A stretch of DNA of 64,000 nt from Verrucomicrobiota bacterium (GTDB lineage: Bacteria; Verrucomicrobiota; Verrucomicrobiia; Limisphaerales; UBA11358): positions 3,548 through 67,547 of the forward strand of contig JBEKOG010000026.1 of assembly GCA_049522015.1 (NCBI GenBank), read 5' to 3'. The notes below the pieces were generated by a model that was not told where the DNA came from, did no database searches, and worked only from the letters and a program-made list of their open reading frames with translations. This document shows positions 47,015-57,048 of this stretch, piece by piece; positions within the stretch are counted from its first letter, which is position 1; each line of letters begins with the position of its first letter. The translations under genes and the position numbers were made by a program.

Positions 47015-50000
47015 TCACTGCGGCAATTTCTTGATCTGCACATCCAGTTCGTCGAGCGAAAAACCTTCCGCGATTACACGATGATTGGCGTCGGTGAGGA
47101 TCAACCACGGCAATGCGGGAACGGCCGAGGCCCATTTTGATTTTTCGGATTTCTCCGTCACCCGCCCGACCGGGAATAATACCGGACTGGCGGTTTTCCA
47201 TTCATTGAAAGTTTCATCGCTGGTGACTGCGGCTTGAACACCCAGCACCATAACGCCTTTCTGCCGGAGTGCGGCGGCCTGTTCATTCAACTGGTGGACC
47301 ACATGCCGCGACGGGCGCTGGCTCGCGTCGAACAGGCACACCAACACCGGCTTGCCGGCGGGCGCGGTGTCGCTGGCGAGATTCACCGTTACCAAATCGG
47401 GCAGCGGACTGCCTTTGAGCGAGGCGCGATGCGGTGTCTGGGGCATATTCCCCGGCTGGGAATTCAAGGTCATCACGACGTTGGTGTCGCCCGCTTCGAC
47501 CGTAGCCTGCGCGTTGCCACCGCCGTTTTGCGAATAGGCAAACAGGCGGATTTGTCCCTCGCAAATCTGGAAATGAAAACGACCCTGACTGTCGGTGGTC
47601 ATGTAACCCTCCGGCTGGTCTTCGCCGCTTAATTGCACGTTCGCGCCGGACGCCGGTTTGTCGTCATCTTTCAACACCTTTCCGGCGATGACGCGGTCGG
47701 CGAGCTTGAGGACGAACGGTGACAGTTCCATGCGATTTGTTTCGGAGTCGTTTTGGATTTGCTGCTGGCTTCGACCGTGGCCTTTGGCGGTGGCGAAAAC
47801 AGTGTATTGCGCGTCCGGCGGCAGGCATTTGATTTCGTAGCGGCCTTGCTCATCGGCGGCAGCCATTTGTTCATTCAATTGTTCGTAGCTGTTGCCCGCC
47901 CTGAGCCACACGCCGACCTGCGCGCCGGCGAGGGGAGACCCGTCAACGAATTTTACCAGCCCGGCCAGGGTCAGGGCCGGTTTCAATTTCACGTCGAGGT
48001 TCGTGGTTTCCTCCGGCAACTCTTCGGTGGCTCCCAAGTTGCGAACCGGGTCACGGACAACCAGCAGTGCGCCGCCCGACTGCATTTGCCACGGCTGGAG
48101 CGACCAGGTGAGGCTGAACGCGCCGTTGGTTGCGGTCTTTGTCCAGCGCCGCGAACCGTTGGACGGAAATACCGCCACCTGCGCGCCGTCGGCGGGTTTG
48201 CCATCGGCATCCGTCACCATGCCTTTGAGTTTGTGCGCCGCGGAACCGGGGGAGCTGTTGTAAGTTTGACCGAGCCGCAGAACGACATTCGTGTCGCCGC
48301 CTTCGGCTGAAATGTTGCCGAAGGAACGCTGGCTGTTGGCGGAGATTTGAGCCGGGCCTTCGCAGACATGCTCGAAGCGGAATCGTCCCTCGCGATCCGT
48401 CCGCACATTGCCGCCGGGCTGTCCGTCACCGTTAAGATTCACGTAGGTGCCCGCGACCGGCTTGTCGTCGGCGTCGAGCACCTGGCCGGCGAGTTTGAGA
48501 TTCGCTGGCTTGAGTTCCATGGGATCAAGTTCCTGACGGATGGCATCGGCGGAGATGTCGAGATTTTGCATCTGCCGCTGCCCGTAACCCGGCGCGGAGA
48601 CGATGACGCCATATTTTCTGCCGGGCGGCAGCGCGGGAATTTCATACTGTCCCGGCGTGTTGGTGCGGGCCAGACCTTGAAGCCACGAACCGCTGCGGCC
48701 GGTCCAGAAAACGAGCGAGGCGGTCGCGTTGGTGACCGGTTTGCCGTCGGATTCCGCCCGGCCGGCCAGCGTCAGTCCCGGCGCGAGTTTCAAATCGAGC
48801 GGGCCGGTGTCTTCGTCAATGTCCTGCGCCACGGCCAGATTGTGTTCCACGTCCCGAACCAGAATGCAGGCGGTTGTGTCGTTTTGTCCGAATCGGCGCT
48901 GGTTCCATTCCAACTCAAATTTTCCGCCGGCATCGGTCTTGACTTCGGCGTCCCCGGGACCAAAACCACCCACAATTCTCACCGGCAGTCCCGCCGCCGG
49001 CTGGCCGTCCGGCTGGCGGATAATGCCGGTGATTTTCTGCGGCGCGGCGATTTCAATCTCCACTCGGTTCGTCTTGCCGGCTTCCACGCTGGCGGAAGTC
49101 TGGTTGGCAGGCATGGATTCACGGGACGCCATCACCTGATAATCACCGGGCGGCAGCCTCAGGAGGGCGACGCCGTTGCTATCGGAACGGGCGGCGGATT
49201 GAAAGTTTTCCCGGTAAGCATTAACCATGACTTGCGCCAGCAGTTTGTGGTCGTTCTTTCCGAGCACGGCCACTTCCAGCAAACCGCCGCGCGCCGCAGC
49301 CACCTGCACGCCGCGCGTGGTTTGTCCGGATTCAACCGAAACTGGAATCGCGTCCGCGACCCATTCCGGAACAGCGTTGGTGCCGAAGACGGCCTGAATA
49401 CGGTAGGAACCTGCGGGCACGTCGCTGATGCGGAACGCGCCGTCCACGCCGGATTGCGCCGGCTCGCGTTCGCCAAACGCGAAAAAACCCGGGTTGTCTG
49501 GCTGCAACATCAACCGCGCGACGGGCGGCGGTTGATTGCTTTCCGCAACGATGATTTTACCTTCGACGCTGCCGGCGGATTCCACGACCAATTTGATGTC
49601 GTCCTGGCCCGCGCGCCAGGGCAGCGAATCGAAACCGGCAAATTCCTGCGATGATGGGCGCAGAGCTTTTCCCGGCGCCTGAACCGCAAGTGCGGCGGTG
49701 GCATTGGTCGGAAAATTTTCGATGCGGAAACGGCCGGCGGCGTCCGTCCGAGCGGCAAAACAATCGTGCGCGGGTTTGCCAAGGAAATAATTAAGACTCC
49801 GCTCTCCGCCTTCCCGCGAAATTTCGCAGAAGGCCGTGGCCACGGAAACCTCGGCGTTGGCGACAGGTTTGTCCGCTTCGTCCACCACCATGCCCGCCAG
49901 CACCGCCGGCGGAGTCAGCACCAGACGTTCTTCCCCGTCACGGACGGAATTAAACGGCTGGCCCAACTGTTTCCATGCCGGGGCCAGTCCCGGCTTTTTC

Positions 50001-50326
50001 GCCAGCAGAAATCCCATCGCCCGCGGCACTTGAAATTCAAAAGTGCCGTTGGTGCCCGTGGTGATTTGTTTTTTCAGTTCCAGATGATCCGTCAGGAACA
50101 GCCTTCCCTCGTAGCGCCAATACTCCACCGTCGCGCCGGCAAGGGGGCTGCCGGCGGTGTCGGTGATCGTCCCGGAACAGTTGAGTTCTTGCGCGCCGGC
50201 ATTGGTGCCGGTGTCCGGCGCTCTTTGAATAATGGCCTGCAGCCGTTGCTGCGTTTGGGCGAGCACGCCAAAGCTCGCAAACACAGAAACGGCAGAAACC
50301 AGAAGGAATTGCCGTGTCATTTTCAT
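47015..50326 (-). CDS. Secreted protein with multiple carboxypeptidase-regulatory-like domains and a C-terminal thioredoxin-fold (TlpA-like, no CxxC) domain
   Basis: The 1103-aa ORF has a signal peptide. It carries about 10 repeats of the 'G.V.D..GKP..GA.V' type. The C-terminus 'GKPVLVCLFDASQRPSRHVVHQLNEQAAALRQKGVMVLGVQ...PWLILTDANHRVIAEG' looks like a redoxin fold in which the CxxC is replaced. It lies 12 nt downstream of paralog D. Confidence 0.65.
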   Translation of the reverse strand: MKMTRQFLLVSAVSVFASFGVLAQTQQRLQAIIQRAPDTGTNAGAQELNCSGTITDTAGSPLAGATVEYWRYEGRLFLTDHLELKKQITTGTNGTFEFQVPRAMGFLLAKKPGLAPAWKQLGQPFNSVRDGEERLVLTPPAVLAGMVVDEADKPVANAEVSVATAFCEISREGGERSLNYFLGKPAHDCFAARTDAAGRFRIENFPTNATAALAVQAPGKALRPSSQEFAGFDSLPWRAGQDDIKLVVESAGSVEGKIIVAESNQPPPVARLMLQPDNPGFFAFGEREPAQSGVDGAFRISDVPAGSYRIQAVFGTNAVPEWVADAIPVSVESGQTTRGVQVAAARGGLLEVAVLGKNDHKLLAQVMVNAYRENFQSAARSDSNGVALLRLPPGDYQVMASRESMPANQTSASVEAGKTNRVEIEIAAPQKITGIIRQPDGQPAAGLPVRIVGGFGPGDAEVKTDAGGKFELEWNQRRFGQNDTTACILVRDVEHNLAVAQDIDEDTGPLDLKLAPGLTLAGRAESDGKPVTNATASLVFWTGRSGSWLQGLARTNTPGQYEIPALPPGRKYGVIVSAPGYGQRQMQNLDISADAIRQELDPMELKPANLKLAGQVLDADDKPVAGTYVNLNGDGQPGGNVRTDREGRFRFEHVCEGPAQISANSQRSFGNISAEGGDTNVVLRLGQTYNSSPGSAAHKLKGMVTDADGKPADGAQVAVFPSNGSRRWTKTATNGAFSLTWSLQPWQMQSGGALLVVRDPVRNLGATEELPEETTNLDVKLKPALTLAGLVKFVDGSPLAGAQVGVWLRAGNSYEQLNEQMAAADEQGRYEIKCLPPDAQYTVFATAKGHGRSQQQIQNDSETNRMELSPFVLKLADRVIAGKVLKDDDKPASGANVQLSGEDQPEGYMTTDSQGRFHFQICEGQIRLFAYSQNGGGNAQATVEAGDTNVVMTLNSQPGNMPQTPHRASLKGSPLPDLVTVNLASDTAPAGKPVLVCLFDASQRPSRHVVHQLNEQAAALRQKGVMVLGVQAAVTSDETFNEWKTASPVLFPVGRVTEKSEKSKWASAVPALPWLILTDANHRVIAEGFSLDELDVQIKKLPQ

Positions 50327-50337
50327 GGGATGTTTAA

Positions 50338-51615
50338 TTATTTTTTTGCTTCAAGCGTCAACGGACTCGTCAGCACCTGGAACGGGCTGAAAATTTTGAT
50401 GTTGCCAACCAACGGACGCTGAACATTTTTGGGCTCCCGCCATGAGAGCGAACAAACGCCGCCTCACCCAAACTCGAACGTGTTCGTATAACACAACGTC
50501 CCGTCGGCATTGGCCAGCATCAATTTCGGCCCGCGCGGGCGCTGCCCGTCACGCAGCATCTCGATGGATTCCTTCTGTTGCCCCACGAAACTGAGGTTGA
50601 AGGCGACCTGGCGGTTGGGGTTCTCGGTCGCCTTGAGCACGGCTTGCACCGGCTCGCCGATTTCCAGCACGGCAGTTTTGTCGGCAGCGACCTCGAACCC
50701 GGCGGTTTTGGGGAAATTATAGCCGGACAGCGTCCACGCCGCGCCTTTTTCATCCTTGCGATTGATCGTCCAGCGAAAGATCCGGTAATTGCCCGCCGGC
50801 AGGGTGAATTCGCCGTTCACCGGCTGGCGCACGAAATGGCCGTTCCCGCCGAACGCGGCGAATTCGGAAATGTTTTCCGGCACGCGCACCTGGCCGAGCG
50901 TGATCCCGCCGGGCGGGACCTTTTGCACCTTGACGAACGCGCCGTCGCGGGCGGCTTCGATCCGGAAAAGCTTTCCGTCCACTTCCAGCATTTTGCCCAA
51001 AAAACGTTCGCCGGTCTTGTCGCCCTCGACCTGGACGCGGTCGCTGTCATAAGGATCCGGTGCGACGTCGTTAAACGTGCCGTTGACGTTGCCGTCAATC
51101 AGTTGGATGCGTTTTTTCACGCCGTCGAAATTCACCACGCCTTCATACCAGCCGGCGGACGATGCCAGCAATTGCGCGGGACTCTTTTCGTATTGATAGA
51201 ACCGGAACACGAGATGATAGGTGATCGGCCCGTCCTCGCCCTTGAAAACAACGGGGGCCGGCGGAAAAAAGGCGAAGTAGGAATCCAGTCGCGCCTGGAT
51301 GGGCGTTTTGTCGTCCAGCCGGCCATTGCCGTTGCTGTCAATGTACAGCCGGTCATACGGCCCGGACTTGCGTGTGCGGTCGAAGCAGAGCCAGCGGCCG
51401 CCGGCGGGGTCCATCGGCGTGGACCAGCGCGCGAAATAGGGCGGCGCGTTCAGCTTGGGCAGGGCGACGCCGGGTGGCGGATTGGTGGTCAGTTCCATCT
51501 GGTGGTAGGCGCGGCCCTCGGCGCTGGTATGGTATTCCAGCCACTGCTCGGTTTGCGCGAACGCGGTGCCGGCGAGAACCATTCCGGCCAGAATCAATTT
51601 TCTGGAAAGTTTCAT
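50338..51615 (-). CDS. Secreted selenoprotein candidate, paralog D (TGA at 50464-50466 read as Sec)
   Basis: The listed ORF 50464-51615 has the signal peptide MKLSRKLILAGMVLAGTAFA and ends ..NTFEFG-TGA. The frame continues GGVCSLSWREPKNVQRPLVGNIKIFSPFQVLTSPLTLEAKK to a TAA at 50338-50340. Confidence 0.7.
50433..50466 (-). promoter_or_regulatory. Putative SECIS element, paralog D
   Basis: The RNA reads UGA-N14-GCUCUC-AUGGC-GGGAGC. Confidence 0.65.
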
Positions 51616-51646
51616 GATGTTAAGGTTGGCTTTTTGTTCATCAAGT

Positions 51647-53749
51647 TCAAGCTTTCAATTGGTCGTCGGGCAAAGGCGCATTCAGTGGCGGCGGGGCCTC
51701 CGGTTTCACGTGCAGCAACGCCTTGAGCCGTTCGCGGAAAAGTGAGTTGGCGGAAGACAGAACCAGGAACGGGAACAGCGTGACGAACCCGGCTGCCGTC
51801 AGAACCAAAACCACGACGAAGAATTCCTGCCACGGCAACCGACCACCCGAAACAATCATTGCGAAGGCAAAGACCGGTGTGAGAATCACCAGCCAAAGCG
51901 CCAGCAGTGACAGGAAGATCCAGAGGTACAGCCCCAAGGGACGATAGCGACCCCGGCAGGCCAGCCCGGCTAAAAAGATGGCCAGCGCAACCACAAGAAC
52001 GCTGAGGGCCAGCGGAACCAGCATCACCAATACCAGGGAGGCCCCGTCCACGGTCCAATCCTGTCTGACCAAAAAACTGAAAAGGCTGAAGCCCGCCAAG
52101 GTGGGCGCGAGGCACAGGAAAGTGACGAGCCGATGGCTGCGCGCCAGTTGGTGCGCCAGCAGCCAGACGGCGGCAACGCCAAAGGCCAGCGAACCCGCCA
52201 TCTCAAGAAACATGTCTGCCGTGCCCGAGGGCAGAAATTCAAAGGCTGACTGCGACAATTGTTCCATGGCCGCCACACATCCGAGGGGCAGCCAGATCCA
52301 CCATGCCCGGCCGCAACGGTTTGGCTTGGTCAATAACAGCAGCAAAACCGCCAGCCACGGCAGAAATGAAGGGATGAGACTGGGGACCGTCCAATGGTAA
52401 CTGACCGGATCGCCTTCCTTCGCACCGAGGCCTCCGAGATCGGAAACGGCCACGATCTTCAGTTCACCGGCGGACGTGAGAGGCACTCGCCATGAGTGCG
52501 AACAGGTGCCGCCTCAGCCAAATTCGAATTTGCCCGACACGATTTTCCTGTCGCCCTTGTACACCGCGAACTCCGGCGGCTGGGAGCGATTTTGATTTGC
52601 CAGTTGGTAGGTTTCGCCGCCCGCACCAACCAGTCGGTAATCAAGGCGCAAATCCCGCCCGTGACGGCTGGCAGTGACGGAATTGGTCAACGGCCCGCCC
52701 GCGTCCAACACCGCCGGGGTCTTGTCATCCACGGAAATCCGCCAGCCAACTAGCGTTAGGCCGGGATTGCAGAAGGCCTCGGCGCCATTTTGTTCCAGCA
52801 GGATGTCGGGTCGGTTGTAGCTGCCGGTCGGGACTTTTACGCTGGCTGCCGGTTGATCGAGCACCACGAGATACGGTCCGCCCGACAAGACAAGCCGTTG
52901 AATAAATTTGCCGGCGATTTTCAATTCGCCAAGCGGGACGGTTTGTTCCGTGAATTGGAGGGCGGGCTTCGCTTCGCCGTCCTGCGGTCTGGCCACCAGG
53001 TCCAGTTGATAGGCGTGGCCGTCAACAAAAAGTTTCCGTGAAAAGGGAACGGTGACGAGCGAACCATCGTAGGTGTTGAATGACTGGTTTCGTTTTTCCC
53101 AGGGACGCAGCAGCAACCGGCCGTTCTCGAACGAACCCGATTGGTTCAAGCCATTTTGGACGATGCCCACCTGCCAGTCCTGTCCTTGCAACGTCACCTT
53201 GCCCTGCCAGAACGAGCGCAACGCGAGGTTGCAACTCGGTCGCGGAAGGTTGTCATAGAAGGTGATGTCCGCCAGCACCTGGCATTTGCCGGATGCGGTG
53301 TTGAAAAGCAGGTGGATGTTCGTGAACGTCTGATAATAAACCGTCCTCGCTGTGCGCGCCAAAAAAACGCCGGAGGGATCGTCGGTCAAATCCTGGTTGT
53401 GATTGAGGTCGAGGTAAAGTTTTCCGGCGGCTCGGTCCCAGGCAAAAGCGATTGAATTGCTGTCGCTGCCGCCGGGCTGGAAGGTGCCGCGCACAACTTT
53501 GTTCCCGGCGAACGCCGGTTCCTTTGTGAACGGGGTGGATCGATTGACAACCGGGAGGCCGCAGTTAATTAAGCCATACCCGACCTCGCTATAATCGAGA
53601 TGGGCTGTTTGAATCTGTCCGGATTGAGAATTCGCGGCAGCCGTCGCTTCGCCGCCGGAGGCGGCATTGACCATGAAGCTCGCTCCGAAGAGAAACACAC
53701 CCAAAAAGACCACGCCTGACCGGATGATTTCTTTCAGCGCCGAACTCAT
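51647..53749 (-). CDS. Selenoprotein candidate, paralog E: exported domain - Sec - polytopic membrane domain (TGA at 52514-52516 read as Sec)
   Basis: The listed ORFs 52514-53824 (ends ..GKFEFG-TGA) and 51647-52486 (279 aa, multi-TM) are in frame, separated only by GGTCSHSWR. The likely start is 53749 (MSSALKEIIRSGVVFLGVFLFGASFMVNA), with alternatives at 53779 and 53824. It is about 50% identical by eye to paralog B in both domains. Confidence 0.6.
52483..52516 (-). promoter_or_regulatory. Putative SECIS element, paralog E
   Basis: The RNA reads UGA-N14-GCACUC-AUGGC-GAGUGC. Confidence 0.65.
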
Positions 53750-53837
53750 GGTTATCCAGTTTGTCGCCGTGATTGGCATTACAGCGGGTCGTGGCCTGTC
53801 AAGCAAGCAGATTCCTTCGCGCAAAAACGCGGCGCGT

Positions 53838-54329
53838 TCAGGCGCTGTCTGTTTGGAGTTCCGCGTCTACGCGGCTCGGGCGAACAGCAATGTTAACCCA
53901 TCGCACCCTTTCCCAATCCGGTACCCTGCCGGGAACGATCCGGAACAACGGATGCGGCGCGGGAATTTTTTTCGGCAAAAGATCGCGGTGTTTTTTTGGA
54001 TCGCGTTTTTTCAACTTCCGTTTCAAATGCCGCCACTCATAAAGCAACTGGCCGCGCGTTTCCTTCAATTTGCCGCGAATTCGCCGCGCGCCGATTTTGG
54101 ACGCGTCAAATTTATAACCGCGTTGCACAGCTTCTTCATGTACCGCCGCCAGATAACTCGCCAGTGCGGCGGGCGGATTGGCCAGTCCGGAAAAGCGGCG
54201 CAATTGCGGATGATGCTTGTACCCACGGGTCGCACCGAGCAAAACTTTTTGCGCCAGCAACGCTTCGCGCCAGAGCGCCACCAGCCCCCGGGCGTCCAGA
54301 TACTTCGGGTGCAGCGTCCACAAGCGCAT
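53838..54329 (-). CDS. Pyrimidine-dimer DNA glycosylase-like protein
   Basis: The start was set at 54329 ('MRLWTLHPKYLDARGLVALWREALLAQKVL..GYKHHPQL'), which is the characteristic N-terminus of this family from memory. The listed upstream extension is encoded by a repeat. Confidence 0.75.
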   Translation of the reverse strand: MRLWTLHPKYLDARGLVALWREALLAQKVLLGATRGYKHHPQLRRFSGLANPPAALASYLAAVHEEAVQRGYKFDASKIGARRIRGKLKETRGQLLYEWRHLKRKLKKRDPKKHRDLLPKKIPAPHPLFRIVPGRVPDWERVRWVNIAVRPSRVDAELQTDSA

Positions 54330-54615
54330 GGGGAATTTTTGGCAACTGCATTTTGGAAGTCGCGGTTGAAATACCCGCTTGCCCGCTTCGTCCTGAACTT
54401 CAGCATCCTGGGAGCGCTGGCGTCCCGCCGGCTTGTTGTATGACGGTGGCTGCTCCACTGGCCGGCGAGACGCCAGCGTTCCCAAGGCTTGCAGACTGTT
54501 CGGAGTTCCGCCTTCAGGCGGCTGGGTGGTGGTATTTACCTGAACCGCGTAAACGCGGAACTCCAAACGGTGCCAGAGTTAGAGACATCCGAAATCACTT
54601 CAAACGTTCCGTCAA

Positions 54616-56766
54616 ATGTGGCATCTAATCCCTGTGCGACGCATCGGAACCATTCTGGCAGGCTGGGTTTGCCTCGCGGCCCTCACCGCCAGCGCAGCCC
54701 ACACGCAGGCGCGGCTGATATTGTCCGCCGACACCGCGCGTCCCGGCGACACTGTGCTGGCCGGCGTGGATTTGAAAATGGAGCCGGGCTGGCACACCTA
54801 CTGGAAAAATCCCGGTGCTGCCGGCTACGCCACCAAAATCGAATGGCAATTGCCGCCCGGCGTCACCGCCGGCGAAATCCAATGGCCGCTCCCGGAAAAA
54901 TTGCCGCCGGTCGAAGTCACCACCTACGGTTACGACGACGAGGTTGTCCTGCTCGTGCCGCTCAAGCTCGCCGCCGATTTGAAGCCCGGCCCGCTCGATT
55001 TGAAGGCCAAGGTTTCCTGGCTCGAATGCAAGGCAGCCTGCATCCCCGGCAATGGCAACGTCGAAGCCACCCTCAACATCAGCGACCAAACCAAAGCGTC
55101 CGCCGACGCCGCGCTCATTGAATCGTGGAAAAGCAAGGTGCCGCAAACCAACGGCTTTTATCAATTTCAAGCATGGTGGGAAAACGTGACTAACGATGAC
55201 ACACGATCATTTATCATGAGCAACTGGCGGGGCGGCGCTGACAAAAATATAAAATTTGCCTCGGTAGATTTTTTTCCAAACACCAGCGACAACTTTGAAG
55301 TTCAAGCTGCGACGGAAATCATTTCCGCCTATTCCGCCGACATTTGCCTTCGCAAGGCTGTAAAAAAATTTTCCGGCGATTGGCCAAAGGAAATTTCTGG
55401 CGTGTTGGTTTTGCAAATGAGTAATTCGCGCGAGGGATTTGAAGTCAAAATGCCCGTCAGCGACCAAGCGCCCGCCGGTGAAACAATGTCCGCGCAATCG
55501 CCGCCGGAGAGTGGGACGGGCTTCCAGCCTGTCCAAGCAGGCAAGATGCCTGCCCCACTTTCACAGCCGCTCTGGAAAATGCTGCTCTACGCCTTCATCG
55601 GCGGATTGATTCTGAACATCATGCCGTGCGTGCTGCCGGTCATCGCGCTGAAAATTCTCGGCTTTGTCGGCGAATCCAGAAGTGACCCGCGGCACGTGCG
55701 CAAACTCGGCCTTGTTTACGCGCTCGGCGTGCTGGTGTCGTTTCTCGCGCTCGCAGCCATCGTCATCGGCGTCAAGGCTGCCGGGCACCGGGCCGGCTGG
55801 GGCATGCAGTTTGGCAGCCCGGTTTTTGTCGTTTGCCTCACCACGCTCGTCACGCTCGTGGCGCTGAATCTATTCGGCGTATTTGAAGTCACGCTTGGCG
55901 GACGCGCGCTCGACGCGGCGGGCGGACTGGCGTCGAAGCATGGCGCGGCGGGCGCATTTTTCAACGGCCTATTAACAACGGTGCTCGCTACATCTTGCAC
56001 TGCACCTGTTCTGGCCACGGCACTCGGCTTCGCATTCAGGGAGACAGCGCCGGTGATTCTGATGATGTTTCTCGCTGTCGGTGTCGGACTCGCCGCGCCG
56101 TACGTTGTGTTGAGCTGGAATCCGGCGTGGCTGAAATTTCTGCCCAAACCCGGCGCGTGGATGGAAAAATTCAAAATCGCCATGGGTTTCCCGATGCTGG
56201 CCACTGCTGTGTGGTTGTTCCTGCTGGCAGCCGGGAATTTCGACAAAAGCCGTACACTTTGGTTTGGATTGTTCCTCGTTGCCTTGGGCCTTGCGGCTTG
56301 GATTTGGGGCGAGTTCGTACAGAGAGGAACAAAATGCCGCGGACTGGCGAGGATCGTCAGTATTCTTCTTGCTGTTGGAATTGGAACTTATGCTTTTTGC
56401 CAGACACCGGATCAAATTGAGTGGCATTCGTGGAGCACCGCAGCGGTGGCCAAGGCACAAGCCGCAGGCCGGCCTGTGTTTGTGGATTTCACCGCAGACT
56501 GGTGCGTTAACTGCCAAGTCAACAAAAAGACCAGCATCGAAATCCCGTCCGTGCGCGCGAAGCTCAAGTCCATGAACGCCGTCGCCCTGCTCGGCGATTA
56601 CACGCGATTCCCCGACAATATCACGACCGAATTGAACCGCTTCAGCCGCGCCGGCGTGCCGCTGGTTTTGGTTTATCCCCGGGACCCCGCCGCGCCGCCA
56701 ATCGTCCTGCCCGAAATTCTGACACCGGGCATCGTGCTCGACGCCCTCGACCGCGCGGCGCGGTGA
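54616..56766 (+). CDS. dsbD: Thiol:disulfide interchange protein DsbD/ScsB family
   Basis: The N-terminal periplasmic domain carries 'GWHTYWKNPG..' and 'WLECKAACIPG'. The central TM core carries 'LNIMPCVLPVIALK', and the C-terminal thioredoxin domain carries 'DFTADWCVNCQ'. An in-frame hairpin pair lies at 55513-55556 (..GTGFQPVQAGKMPAP..). Confidence 0.85.
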   Translation: MWHLIPVRRIGTILAGWVCLAALTASAAHTQARLILSADTARPGDTVLAGVDLKMEPGWHTYWKNPGAAGYATKIEWQLPPGVTAGEIQWPLPEKLPPVEVTTYGYDDEVVLLVPLKLAADLKPGPLDLKAKVSWLECKAACIPGNGNVEATLNISDQTKASADAALIESWKSKVPQTNGFYQFQAWWENVTNDDTRSFIMSNWRGGADKNIKFASVDFFPNTSDNFEVQAATEIISAYSADICLRKAVKKFSGDWPKEISGVLVLQMSNSREGFEVKMPVSDQAPAGETMSAQSPPESGTGFQPVQAGKMPAPLSQPLWKMLLYAFIGGLILNIMPCVLPVIALKILGFVGESRSDPRHVRKLGLVYALGVLVSFLALAAIVIGVKAAGHRAGWGMQFGSPVFVVCLTTLVTLVALNLFGVFEVTLGGRALDAAGGLASKHGAAGAFFNGLLTTVLATSCTAPVLATALGFAFRETAPVILMMFLAVGVGLAAPYVVLSWNPAWLKFLPKPGAWMEKFKIAMGFPMLATAVWLFLLAAGNFDKSRTLWFGLFLVALGLAAWIWGEFVQRGTKCRGLARIVSILLAVGIGTYAFCQTPDQIEWHSWSTAAVAKAQAAGRPVFVDFTADWCVNCQVNKKTSIEIPSVRAKLKSMNAVALLGDYTRFPDNITTELNRFSRAGVPLVLVYPRDPAAPPIVLPEILTPGIVLDALDRAAR

Positions 56767-56968
56767 CGGATTGTATTTGTGGCACAGACGTCCACGTCTG
56801 TGACTCCAAAACACAGGCCAGAGGCCTGTGCCACCTTGTTTTGCCGGAGGTTTTGACACTGGGTATCGTGCTCGACGCCCTCGACCGCGCGGCGCGGTGA
56901 CGGATTGTATTGTGGCACAGGCGTCCACGCCTGTGAGCCCAAACACAGGCCGAAGGCCTGTGCCACTC
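56721..56968. repeat. Tandem duplication (period about 134 nt) of the dsbD 3' end plus two hairpin repeats
   Basis: Copy 1 begins at 56721 and copy 2 at 56855. Both contain ATCGTGCTCGACGCCCTCGACCGCGCGGCGCGGTGACGGATTGTAT, which is 46 nt, identical, and encodes ..IVLDALDRAAR-stop. Each is followed by the hairpins CACAG(A/G)CGTCCACG(T/C)CTGTG and CACAGGCC..GGCCTGTG. Confidence 0.75.
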
Positions 56969-57048
56969 TCCACACACGGCGCATTGACTTTTGAACGAAA
57001 CCGCCTAGATTGGTGTCTCTAAACCAAACAATTAATAATTCTAAACCT

